Assembly: GCA_965248755.1 (NCBI GenBank)
Contig: OZ252149.1
Coordinates: 2,208,001 to 2,272,000 of the forward strand
From: Candidatus Latescibacterota bacterium
GTDB lineage: Bacteria > Latescibacterota > CBDEFO01
Length of the DNA stretch: 64,000 nucleotides
Direction: 5' to 3'
The notes under the pieces were generated by a model. The model had not been told where the DNA came from. It saw only the letters and a program-made list of their open reading frames with translations, and made no database searches. The position numbers and the translations under genes were made by a program. Of the stretch, positions 10,026-19,120 are shown piece after piece. Positions within the stretch are counted from its first letter, which is position 1. Each line of letters begins with the position of its first letter.

Positions 10026-13000
10026 AGTTTGAATACGCTCTTTTGGAAGCGGTCAGGTGCGATCCGAAGCTTGTCGAGGCATTTTCCAGGGAGATAGCAG
10101 CGGGAAATTTGGACCTGGACCGGATTGAATGGATATTGAAAAGGGCCGGGCAAAGAGCAAATCTAGAGAACATCAGAAAGAGAATTGACCACGTTGTCAG
10201 GCATCAGCTCTTGGATGGGGAGAGGGTTCTAAGAGAGATAGGATGTCAGAACGTGACGGACGCGTACGACGATCTGACCACTCATCTTTTAGAGAACGGA
10301 GGTCATATAGAGTATCCGTTAAGAATAGAGGTAAGCTGGGAGCAGAATGGCCCCAACCTATTCGACGTGTCCATAAGGGATTGGGCTCTGGGGATGATCC
10401 TCCACGACGTTCTTTTCAAGCTTCTTTCCATAGGCGATACCACAAAGATGGGAAAGGAGAATCAATATGGAGGTCACGGCATCGGCTTCAAGCCCGCCCT
10501 GGAGTACAGCCATGAAGTGACGATAGAATCTCATGGATGTCTGACGCGCGCATGGAAAGATGGTGAATATTCCGATCGACCATCGTCGCCTGAAAGCCCG
10601 AATAGATATACGCTGAGGATCGGCGAAAAGAGCGACATATTTGAGGGAACCAAGATCACACTTAAAGGGCTGGTTTTAAATTCAGCCAACCCTACCGATT
10701 TCTTCTCCAAGGTGGGGCCATATCAGACTGAAGGTAAATATCTTTTGACCGTCAACGGAGAGCCCGTCTCAGGCAATTCTGAGACAAAGGGCGGAAGGAT
10801 TAAGACGTACAGAACCAAAGAGGAATACGACTACGAAGATAGAAAGATCTCCGTCGACATCTCTTTACGGGCTGTGGGCCGCTCCTCTGCCGAAGAGGTA
10901 TTCCTTCAGGGAGGCTGGGTCGGATTTAAAAGACCGAGCCGCGATGGGATGACTCAGAGCACCTTCGAACTCCCTTCAAACGTTTTGCTCCCAAGGACAA
11001 GGGAGAACATCCCCGGGGATCTGGAGGAGTCGATAACGGGAAAGATGGACCGCATAAAGACGGGCTTTTACTATTATTTGAAGGAGAATATCTCCTCTGT
11101 CAACGCTTACGAGTGGAGATTTTTGAAGAGATACAGACCCTCCTTTGGAAGGGTGATAAGGGATATATTACAGAACAGGAACGTCAGGACGTTTAACTCC
11201 TTTTTCATTTTTCCCTTTATATTGATAACTATTTTGTCGCTGGGATTGTATCCGATTGCTCACTCAATCCAGATGAAACTTGGGTCGTCCAGGAGCAAGG
11301 TGGCAGAATCAGAGTTAGACGGAAATGCATCGAGCACCATTCACAAGCCCCGCATTTCTTGGGCTATGGACGGCGCGCCTCCATTTCTTCATTTTAGGCC
11401 GAAAAAAATTCTCTATCTCAAGTCCGGGGTATATGATATTCTGCAGCCGGACGGAACTTGGGCCAAAAGCAGAGAAAGATTCCATCGTATAAGTAGCACA
11501 GACACGGCACTTTTGGAAATGCCACAAAGGCCGAATGTGGAGAATTGGGGGAGGAATTTCGAGTTCGAATGGAAAGTTCAGTCCAGAAAAGGAAAAATCA
11601 TCGTCCTGATGCCCTTTAATTCCACCGCCTTATGGTTTGGTCTTAACGACAGTCAAATAGATGAAATTTACGTAAACAAACTAGGCGAGATGACTGTAGA
11701 GGTGGGGAGAAAATTCGACGGGCAGGTTAGATACAATGTCCTCGCGCAGGAGGGAAACGGAGACAAGATCTATGAGCCCGACGAGTTGACCGAGGCCGAA
11801 TTTCACAAATATACGCAGGTGCCCTTTGACATCGCTTATCCTGTAGAGATATTCAACGCTCTTAATTCCCTTTACGACCTGGATTCTGAAACGCAGGTCG
11901 AGGCGGTGGAAGATTATCTCAAAAATACCATGTTATACAGCACCAGCAGGAGAACATCCAGGGTCTTCAAAAACAGCCAGATGAATATCGTAGATACGGC
12001 ACTGAAGTACATGGTGGGAGACTGCGATGTCGCCAACACTGTTTTAGCAGCGATAGTGCGGGATCAATTCGAGATTCCGACCCGTCTGGTGGTGGGGTAT
12101 AGGACAAAACCCGGCACTGCGTCTCCTCCGGGACACGGATGGATAGAGGCTTACATACCGGGGATGGGATGGAGGATATTTGACGCTTCGGGTATCCGCA
12201 CAAAGGAAGGGCCGTGGATGATCCTGTTTAATCGCATCAGAGCGGTCTACAACGACTTTATCAGAGATAAGCTGAACTATATATTGGCTCATTCCATAGG
12301 GTATACCAGAGAGAATCTATATGTATCTATCTCTGTTTTGCTCTTGCTGTGGATATTGGGGCTTTACGTTCTGAAAAGATGGGACGAAGAGAGCAAGAAA
12401 AAGGGCAAAGATAGCATCCCCATAAGCGAATTCATGCGAAAAATATCCGATTTGCACAGGTCCTTCAAAGAGATATTTTCCCCTCTGGACAATCAGGAGA
12501 TCATAGAGGCGGTCATTATAAATCGCAAAGGTATAAAGGATAAGGCTATCAGTGTGAATACTGCTAAAAAGTATTATAGCAAGGGATGTCTTTTCTTGGG
12601 AGAGCCCAAGAGCAGAGATCCTGAGTACGGCTGCTACATCGTGGATTTCGGGTTTTACTCCATGATCACACGGCATGCTGAGATTAAGGATACTTCTGGT
12701 AGGGACAAGAGAGATGGGAATAGGGACAAGAAAGCGCTCTTAAAGGCGACAATTTTGGGGGATTTTGTCCCCAGTGGAGTCAAGCAAGTGGCGATTTCAG
12801 AGTCGGCTGATAGCACAAGAGGCAGATTCGAAAGGAGGATTACAAGCTTTGTGGATATAAGTGTAAGTGCGAGCGGACTTTCCGGGATCGATCTGGATTT
12901 TGAGCGCGGCTTTACGCCCAAAGAGGAGCTTACAGGCATAAGAAAGAATTTCTGGAGGCTGGGCAGGCGACGCATCCTCATAAATATGTGGAACGAGGTG

Positions 13001-13261
13001 GTCGTAGACTTAATGAAGACCGAGCGTTCACTGCAGAAGGGAGAGGACGGGGAAGATTACGAACCGCTATCGGAGTTGATAGATTCGGTCAACTGGAGAA
13101 TCGCTTCGATACGAAGGGCTCACTTATCAGACACAGCAGAAAGAGAGCTGGATGTCGAGGAGGCGTACAGCATAGTGACAAGAAACTACCTCAACGCCCT
13201 GTTGGATATGTCTATTAAAGAGGAAGCAGGAGAAGGAGAATGGATAGAAAAAAGCTATTAG
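10013..13261 (+). CDS. GHKL-like ATPase + TM + transglutaminase-like domain + TM fusion protein
   Basis: REIGCQNVTDA, IRDWALGM, YGGHGIGFK. TMs near 11200-11260 and 12316-12372. TGase triad GDCD / HGW / IFDA with RLVVGY. Confidence 0.75.
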   Translation: MDFIEFEYALLEAVRCDPKLVEAFSREIAAGNLDLDRIEWILKRAGQRANLENIRKRIDHVVRHQLLDGERVLREIGCQNVTDAYDDLTTHLLENGGHIEYPLRIEVSWEQNGPNLFDVSIRDWALGMILHDVLFKLLSIGDTTKMGKENQYGGHGIGFKPALEYSHEVTIESHGCLTRAWKDGEYSDRPSSPESPNRYTLRIGEKSDIFEGTKITLKGLVLNSANPTDFFSKVGPYQTEGKYLLTVNGEPVSGNSETKGGRIKTYRTKEEYDYEDRKISVDISLRAVGRSSAEEVFLQGGWVGFKRPSRDGMTQSTFELPSNVLLPRTRENIPGDLEESITGKMDRIKTGFYYYLKENISSVNAYEWRFLKRYRPSFGRVIRDILQNRNVRTFNSFFIFPFILITILSLGLYPIAHSIQMKLGSSRSKVAESELDGNASSTIHKPRISWAMDGAPPFLHFRPKKILYLKSGVYDILQPDGTWAKSRERFHRISSTDTALLEMPQRPNVENWGRNFEFEWKVQSRKGKIIVLMPFNSTALWFGLNDSQIDEIYVNKLGEMTVEVGRKFDGQVRYNVLAQEGNGDKIYEPDELTEAEFHKYTQVPFDIAYPVEIFNALNSLYDLDSETQVEAVEDYLKNTMLYSTSRRTSRVFKNSQMNIVDTALKYMVGDCDVANTVLAAIVRDQFEIPTRLVVGYRTKPGTASPPGHGWIEAYIPGMGWRIFDASGIRTKEGPWMILFNRIRAVYNDFIRDKLNYILAHSIGYTRENLYVSISVLLLLWILGLYVLKRWDEESKKKGKDSIPISEFMRKISDLHRSFKEIFSPLDNQEIIEAVIINRKGIKDKAISVNTAKKYYSKGCLFLGEPKSRDPEYGCYIVDFGFYSMITRHAEIKDTSGRDKRDGNRDKKALLKATILGDFVPSGVKQVAISESADSTRGRFERRITSFVDISVSASGLSGIDLDFERGFTPKEELTGIRKNFWRLGRRRILINMWNEVVVDLMKTERSLQKGEDGEDYEPLSELIDSVNWRIASIRRAHLSDTAERELDVEEAYSIVTRNYLNALLDMSIKEEAGEGEWIEKSY

Positions 13262-14328
13262 AGGATCTCCTTCAGACTTCAGGTGCAGAGGGGCTAAGGG
13301 AATATGAAGGACAGCAGGGGGAGCTTCTAAAAGATGCGATGTCGCATTTCATAGAATCCCTCCACTACAGGTATGTGCTGATAGCGGAAAAGTACTTCTC
13401 CACTTTTTTGGAGGTCATAAGGGAGAAGCTGGGCCTGTCTGGAGTTGTCACGGGACGGAATAAGGTAGATGTCGTATTGGACATGGCTCTAAAGTCGGAG
13501 TCGTTTTCGGCTCTGGCGTCCCATATAAACAGCACGTCAGAGTACCAGATAGACGGCCTCCATATAGATTGCCTCGATTGGTCTGAGCGCAGGCATCGGG
13601 AGGACGATGTAAAGCTCTGCTCCTTAGATGCAAAGCTCAGACTCTTTTGGGATCTCTTTAAGCAAGAAGGCGCTTGGGACTTGGAGGAACTTGGGGAGCG
13701 CATAGAGCGAATTGAGGAGATATTCTTCTCCTTAGACGCTTGCTGTCAGGAGTTTCTGTCGGATAGAAAGAGGCTAAGATCAGTTTCAAAGATGAACAGG
13801 GCTTCGCAGTTGGGTTACATCATAAATTTAGTGAGAGGAACGGCCATAGAGGAGATAGAAAAAAGTGGGCTCTTCCTTGATGATTACGTAGAATACTTCA
13901 GGATGAATCACAGGTGTGGTTGGCTGAGAGACTATCTGGAGAGGTTCTACAGGGAAAACCACGGCAAGATACGCAAGATCAAAAGGAGGGTGCGACTTGT
14001 GGGGTGGACGAGCATGGTAGCGGGCATAGCAGGGGTCTTATATTTACAGGATTTCCTGAAGATGGTCGGAAATAGCGGAGATATATCGCTTGGACTCTTA
14101 GATCCACTTGCGGATTTCTATGCTGAATACGGGAATGTCCGTTTTTTGCACTCTTTCCAGGACTTTTTCTTAGGGTTTTTTGCAATTCTCTATCCGATCT
14201 ATCTGGTGGGCATGCTCCCGTATCCTTATATGAAGAGGCAGGAGACAAACATTAACGCCCTGTATAAGGGGGAAAATATTCTTACGGAGGACTATAAGAT
14301 AAAGTTGGACAGGGAGCACGAGGGGTAG
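13240..14328 (+). CDS. Hypothetical helical protein with two C-terminal TM segments
   Basis: 362-aa ORF, GAAGGAG RBS, overlaps upstream gene. Hydrophobic LVGWTSMVAGIAGVLYL and FFLGFFAILYPIYLVGML. Confidence 0.7.
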   Translation: MDRKKLLEDLLQTSGAEGLREYEGQQGELLKDAMSHFIESLHYRYVLIAEKYFSTFLEVIREKLGLSGVVTGRNKVDVVLDMALKSESFSALASHINSTSEYQIDGLHIDCLDWSERRHREDDVKLCSLDAKLRLFWDLFKQEGAWDLEELGERIERIEEIFFSLDACCQEFLSDRKRLRSVSKMNRASQLGYIINLVRGTAIEEIEKSGLFLDDYVEYFRMNHRCGWLRDYLERFYRENHGKIRKIKRRVRLVGWTSMVAGIAGVLYLQDFLKMVGNSGDISLGLLDPLADFYAEYGNVRFLHSFQDFFLGFFAILYPIYLVGMLPYPYMKRQETNINALYKGENILTEDYKIKLDREHEG

Positions 14329-14333
14329 CGGCT

Positions 14334-15350
14334 ATGAATATAACAGATTTGGGAGAGTTTGGCCTTATAGACAGAATAAAAAAATGCGTGACAACACCCC
14401 AAAAATTCGTTATAATTGGAATTGGAGATGATACTGCTGTTTTAGAGGCGGAGGATGGAAATCTCTTGCTATTTGCGTCCGACACTTTAGTAGAAGGAGT
14501 GCACTTCAAAAGGGAGCACATTCCCTTTTGCGATGTCGGATGGAGGGCGATGGCCGCTAACGTGAGCGACATAGCGGCCATGGGAGGTGAGCCGGTCTGC
14601 GCTCTGGTCTCCCTTTGCCTTTCAAAGAAGATGGACGTCGAGGACGTTGAGGCTCTCTACAGTGGGATGGACCGGGTCGGGTCGGAGTTCGGCTGTCCCA
14701 TAATCGGCGGAGATACTACATCTTCTCCAGATTCGGCTGTAATTTCGATTTCAGTTTTGGGGAGGACGAATAAAGAAAGATTGACTCTTCGAAGCGGCGC
14801 TCACATCGGTGACACAATCTGCCTGACGGGTGCATTAGGGGGTTCCAAAGCCGGATTGGAACTTCTATCTCGAACCGCAAATTTTAATCTTGACTCTGCA
14901 GATATCGATTATTTAAAAGAAAGATATCGCCGACCTTATCCCAGAATTTCAGAAGCTTTTGCTATGGGAGATGTCGCTTCCATCCATGCTGCAATAGACA
15001 TAAGCGACGGGCTGTCGTCGGAGATGAATCATATATGCAGAGAGAGCAACAAAGGGGCGCAGATATTCTCCGATAAAGTTCCCATACATAGCGCCACCCG
15101 TCAAGTGGCGGCCCAAGATTCTTCTACTGGTATGGAATACGCCCTGTCGGGAGGGGAGGACTTTGAGCTCCTCTTTACGCTCGGGGAATCGGATGTCCAG
15201 AAAGTAAAATCTTCCCTCCAGGAGAGGACAGGAACTCCCATGTCAGTTATAGGCAATATCACAGATCCAAAAGAGGGGATCCATATTGTCTACGGCGATG
15301 GAAAAAAAGAGAAATTGGAGAGCTCAGGATACCGGCATTTCGCGGATTAG
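14334..15350 (+). CDS. thiL: Thiamine-monophosphate kinase
   Basis: GEFGLI, GIGDDTA, DTLVEGVHF, NVSDIAAMGG, GGDT, DISDGL, GGEDFEL. Confidence 0.97.
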   Translation: MNITDLGEFGLIDRIKKCVTTPQKFVIIGIGDDTAVLEAEDGNLLLFASDTLVEGVHFKREHIPFCDVGWRAMAANVSDIAAMGGEPVCALVSLCLSKKMDVEDVEALYSGMDRVGSEFGCPIIGGDTTSSPDSAVISISVLGRTNKERLTLRSGAHIGDTICLTGALGGSKAGLELLSRTANFNLDSADIDYLKERYRRPYPRISEAFAMGDVASIHAAIDISDGLSSEMNHICRESNKGAQIFSDKVPIHSATRQVAAQDSSTGMEYALSGGEDFELLFTLGESDVQKVKSSLQERTGTPMSVIGNITDPKEGIHIVYGDGKKEKLESSGYRHFAD

Positions 15351-15370
15351 ACGGATCTAAGTAGACAGAT

Positions 15371-15518
15371 GAGATTGGTTCCGCTTCGCGTCTGGTTCGG
15401 GGTCGGGGTTCCACCCCTTGCAATGACTGAGGGTCAAGTCAAAGGATGTCATTGCGAGTCCCCGATTGAATCTATCGGGGAAGCCCAGAGCGAAGCCAAG
15501 GGTCAGCGAAGTAAACTC
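15371..15518. repeat. Composite palindromic repeat (GAGATTG..GCAATGAC / GTCATTGCGAG..) with nested 21-bp element at 15460-15480
   Basis: Inverted GCAATGAC/GTCATTGC arms. CCCCGATTGAATCTATCGGGG inside. Confidence 0.75.
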
Positions 15519-15623
15519 AAGGGATGGGAGATGTCCTGTCGGCTTAACTTAGAATTGGCGGAGCTCTTTTAAGCAGAGCCCTAAGCGCAGCCATCATGCG
15601 TAGCCTTCATGCGCAGCCCTAAT

Positions 15624-16118
15624 ATGGAAGAAAAGGCACTAGGACTTATAGAGACTAAGGGATTTGTGGGTGTTGTGGAGGCTGCCGATGCGGCTGCCAA
15701 GGCCGCGAACGTAGAAGTAGTCTCTTATAAACTGACCACAGGGGGACTGGTTATGATAAGTATCGTAGGTGATGTGGGTTCTGTGCAGGCTGCGGTGAGT
15801 GCAGGCGGAGAGGCCGTCAAAGAAGTGGGCGAGCTTGTAAGCATGCACGTCATACCCAGACCCTATGGGGATCTCATAAATGTGCTTGGTCTGAGGGACA
15901 TTTCAAGGGAAAGGGCTGAGACAGGCGTAGAGGATCCCTCCAAAGTCGGTGACGTCCCTTCTGACGATCTGGATTCTATGACGGTTGTGCAACTCAGAAG
16001 ATTGGCCCGCGGCATCCAAGGATTGAGTATAAAGGGGAGGAAGATTTCATCGGCCAACAAAGAGAAATTAACTGAGGAGATCAGAAAAGCCAGAAAAAAC
16101 AGAAACGAAAATGGATAG
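15624..16118 (+). CDS. BMC-H microcompartment shell protein (EutM/PduA-like) with C-terminal Rho-N-like helical extension
   Basis: ALGLIETKG, AADAAAKAANV, GDVGSVQAAV, HVIPRP. Tail LDSMTVVQLRRLAR..ISSANKEKL. Confidence 0.9.
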   Translation: MEEKALGLIETKGFVGVVEAADAAAKAANVEVVSYKLTTGGLVMISIVGDVGSVQAAVSAGGEAVKEVGELVSMHVIPRPYGDLINVLGLRDISRERAETGVEDPSKVGDVPSDDLDSMTVVQLRRLARGIQGLSIKGRKISSANKEKLTEEIRKARKNRNENG

Positions 16119-16950
16119 CAATGAAGACATCGAATTCTTGAAGGAATTTCGAGAAAAGATAGATAAGTATCTGTTTTTGGGGTATGCTCCATCTGAAGGA
16201 AGTTTATTCGCTGATATTGAGGGATCGGCTAAAATGAAACAAGCACTAAAAAATCCAGAGTTTCAAGAACTTCGCCGAACTATAAACGAAATGAAGCCTC
16301 GAGTAGAGCAATTGTTAGTAGAATGTGATCTCAGCGACGTATTTGTTATGTATCGTCCTCCCGCGGCTGGTGGTCAAGTTGTGCAGTTCAAAATGTTTAA
16401 TTTGATTACAGAAAACCCTACACATAAAAGACTCCCTAAAGAAACTTTCTTTGACGTAATCGATCAAGCCATTGGAATGTTGAAAACAAATCCGCCTGAA
16501 AAGAGAAAATCGAAAGTAGAGAGAATAGCACCAACTATTATAAAAGGACTTATTTTTATTGCTATGCCAATGGGCCTTGATGATTCTGGATTGGAAGATG
16601 TGCATGACACAATAAAGGATGTGGCAAGTGAAGATGGATTTGAGGCGAAACGAGTAGATGACCCAGAATCGAATCAGCGAATAACACCTAGAATCTTAGA
16701 ATGGTTGAAAAAAGCTGAGTTTGTTATTGCTGATTTAACTCACTCAAAGCCAAATGTATATTTTGAGGCAGGTTACGCAGAAGCAATGGGTAATATCCCG
16801 ATATATATTGCAAAAGAAGGTACACAGATAGAATTCGATGTTAAAGATTGTCCAGTAATATTCTTCAAGAACTTAAGAGAGCTTAAAACAGAATTGAGCA
16901 AACGATTAACAGGATTAAAGGAAGGAAGTCAAAAAGAGCAGAAGAGCTGA
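16111..16950 (+). CDS. TIR-like / nucleoside 2-deoxyribosyltransferase-like domain protein
   Basis: IFIAMPM, RVDD, AEFVIADLT..KPNVYFEAGYA. Visibly AT-richer than flanks. Confidence 0.75.
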   Translation: MDSNEDIEFLKEFREKIDKYLFLGYAPSEGSLFADIEGSAKMKQALKNPEFQELRRTINEMKPRVEQLLVECDLSDVFVMYRPPAAGGQVVQFKMFNLITENPTHKRLPKETFFDVIDQAIGMLKTNPPEKRKSKVERIAPTIIKGLIFIAMPMGLDDSGLEDVHDTIKDVASEDGFEAKRVDDPESNQRITPRILEWLKKAEFVIADLTHSKPNVYFEAGYAEAMGNIPIYIAKEGTQIEFDVKDCPVIFFKNLRELKTELSKRLTGLKEGSQKEQKS

Positions 16951-17039
16951 AAACAGTAGCGTTTAACAAATGTGATCAGCCAACAAACAGAAGTTGATTT
17001 TGGAAATCAGAAAAGCCAGAGAAAAGAGGTGAACCAAAA

Positions 17040-17369
17040 ATGGCAGGAGTTTGGGATAAGGTAAAAAAGACCGTCACCGAGGGGGTTTCTACAATCGTGG
17101 AGACCACCGAGGATCTGACGAAAGTGAGCAAGGCCAGACTCAACGTGGCTAACGTCAAAAGCAGGATGAAAGGGACGCGAACCGAGTTAGGGATCATCGT
17201 TTATCGGCTCGTAGAAGAGGGAAAGGTGAACATCGAGAAGGACGAAGAGGTAACGAGGCTCATAGAGACTATCAAGGAGCTCGAGACAGAGTTGAAGGAA
17301 AAGGAGGATCACCTCTCAGCAGTCAGACAGGAAAAGATGGAAAAGGAGATGAAGGAAGAGGGGGAATAG
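17040..17369 (+). CDS. Hypothetical coiled-coil protein
   Basis: GAGGTGA RBS. WDKVKK..G...ELG..VY pattern, charged helical sequence. Confidence 0.75.
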   Translation: MAGVWDKVKKTVTEGVSTIVETTEDLTKVSKARLNVANVKSRMKGTRTELGIIVYRLVEEGKVNIEKDEEVTRLIETIKELETELKEKEDHLSAVRQEKMEKEMKEEGE

Positions 17370-17396
17370 CTGCTGAAGGCAGTAGATAGCATATTT

Positions 17397-17472
17397 GTAG
17401 GGGCGAGAACTGTCCCCGAATGACTCTATCGGGGATCCCTCGCCCCAAGGGCTGGGTAACCCAGCCCCTACA
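17397..17472. repeat. GTAG-headed REP-like doublet with nested 21-bp element (17414-17434)
   Basis: GTAGGGGCGAG..CTCGCCCC followed by inverted AGGGCTGGGTAACCCAGCCCCTAC, between convergent genes. Confidence 0.75.
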
Positions 17473-17512
17473 TTATACGGGATACGGGGAGGAGAGGCGG
17501 TGCCCCTGTTTA

Positions 17513-18199
17513 CTACCTACTGTCTGCTAAATTTGTCTCCTCCAAGATCTTCAACGTCTCCTTGCAGATTATGTCTTTGCCCGCCAAGACCAGCCCTGTT
17601 AAATGTGTCTTTAAGAACTCCAATTCATCAGGCGTGTCCACGTCATACCATGGCGGCAGAAGATGGAGGCTCTTCCCCTCTGTCCGGATTGTTGTCAGCG
17701 TTTCATTTAGAACTTTATCCGTTCCCAACTCTATGTCCGTAAACATCTGCGGGAACTCCTCTTTTAGCCCGACAAGATAGTATCCGCCATCTGTGCAGGG
17801 ACCTAACACAACAGAGTTATCATCAAGCGCTTCAAAGGATAAATTTATATAATCGGCAGGAAGATCTGGGCTGTCCGACCCGATTATGACGGCCTTCGAT
17901 CCTCCCTTTTCAAATACCCATTTGAACGCTTCGATCAGTCTTTCGCCTAAACTATTCCCATATTGAGGCCGAAAGCTGAATGCGCCTTTTATGATAGATT
18001 TTATCGTCGCCTGGGCATGCGCGGGGGAATAAGCTATCACCTTATGGTCACATCTTGTGGACTCAAAAAGATTTGGTAGATCAAGAAGGAAAGCTCTGTA
18101 CAGCTTTGCGGCATTGTGAGGGTCCAAAAGCGGGGTAAGTCGGGTCTTGACCTGCCCGGGAACAGGTTCTTTGACAAAGGCGATAAGAGTTGAACTTAT
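17513..18199 (-). CDS. TIGR04282/DUF2064-family glycosyltransferase-like protein
   Basis: FVKEPVPGQVKTRL, QYGNSLGER, IIGSDSPDLP, VLGPCTDGGYYLVG, WYDVDT. The conserved N-terminus needs a start at ATA 18199. Confidence 0.85.
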   Translation of the reverse strand: MSSTLIAFVKEPVPGQVKTRLTPLLDPHNAAKLYRAFLLDLPNLFESTRCDHKVIAYSPAHAQATIKSIIKGAFSFRPQYGNSLGERLIEAFKWVFEKGGSKAVIIGSDSPDLPADYINLSFEALDDNSVVLGPCTDGGYYLVGLKEEFPQMFTDIELGTDKVLNETLTTIRTEGKSLHLLPPWYDVDTPDELEFLKTHLTGLVLAGKDIICKETLKILEETNLADSR

Positions 18200-19104
18200 A
18201 GCTTTTCACCTCTTTTCGTCTCTACGATCTTTCTTATGCTTATGCTATCCCCTCTTTTGACCCCGATCTTTTGGGCCAAATTCCCCCTGTTGATCGCCAC
18301 CTCAAAGGCACCTGTACTTCCGATCAGACAAAGATATTCTCCTTTAGTGACATCTGCGTAAGCCTTCACGTATTTGGCTCTTATTTCTACATCTTTGATC
18401 TTAAGTATTATAAGGTCACCTCTTCCAATTTCGATCTTTCTTAGCAGTTCCTCCTGCACGTTTGTAATCACGTTTCCGTATTTGTCTATCGTTACTGCGT
18501 TGCCTATGATCATATCCTTCTGCACTACAGGAGAACGATCTTTCAGTCTGACATAATCTTTAAGCACAGGCCCCACACGCTCTATAGGGAATCCCGAAGC
18601 CAGATGAGCGGCGCAGGTCCCGAAGATGTCTTTCCCGTGAAATGTGCTGGATAGTCTGCCTTTGCGCATTACGTGGGGGTTGGAGATTTCGTATATGACA
18701 TCGAGTCCCAAGCTATCCATCACCACACTGAAGAGACCGTTGTCAGGCCCTACAAAGAACTTTCCATCTTTGGTCTTTAAGGCCACAGGCTTCCTTTCGG
18801 TTCCCACACCCGGATCCACTACGGCGACGAAGACTGTTCCCTTTGGGAACTCGGCTGCGGCTTTCTGGAGGGTGTAAGCTCCTTCGGCGATCTCGAAGGA
18901 GGAGACGTTGTGCGAGATATCGTCTATCCTCACCTCGGGGTAGATCGAGTATATGACTCCCTTGACGGCTCCGACGTAGAAATCTTTCGTCCCGAAGTCT
19001 GTTATTAAAATGACGAGTCCGTTTGTCTCTTTGCTATGGAGAATATCGGCGCATAGGATGAACGTCAAGGTTGTTATCACAAATGTCTTGGCCAAATTTT
19101 TCAT
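18196..19104 (-). CDS. SAM hydroxide adenosyltransferase / chlorinase-fluorinase family (DUF62) with N-terminal hydrophobic leader
   Basis: LITDFG, VAVVDPGVGTER, GPDNG, SSTFHGKDIF, IDKYGNVITN, EVAINRG. Confidence 0.92.
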   Translation of the reverse strand: MKNLAKTFVITTLTFILCADILHSKETNGLVILITDFGTKDFYVGAVKGVIYSIYPEVRIDDISHNVSSFEIAEGAYTLQKAAAEFPKGTVFVAVVDPGVGTERKPVALKTKDGKFFVGPDNGLFSVVMDSLGLDVIYEISNPHVMRKGRLSSTFHGKDIFGTCAAHLASGFPIERVGPVLKDYVRLKDRSPVVQKDMIIGNAVTIDKYGNVITNVQEELLRKIEIGRGDLIILKIKDVEIRAKYVKAYADVTKGEYLCLIGSTGAFEVAINRGNLAQKIGVKRGDSISIRKIVETKRGEKL

Positions 19105-19120
19105 CAGTTCAATCTGTAGG

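Noticed and set aside
15369..15572. 67-aa ORF after thiL
   Set aside because: Made almost entirely of palindromic repeat sequence, so likely spurious.
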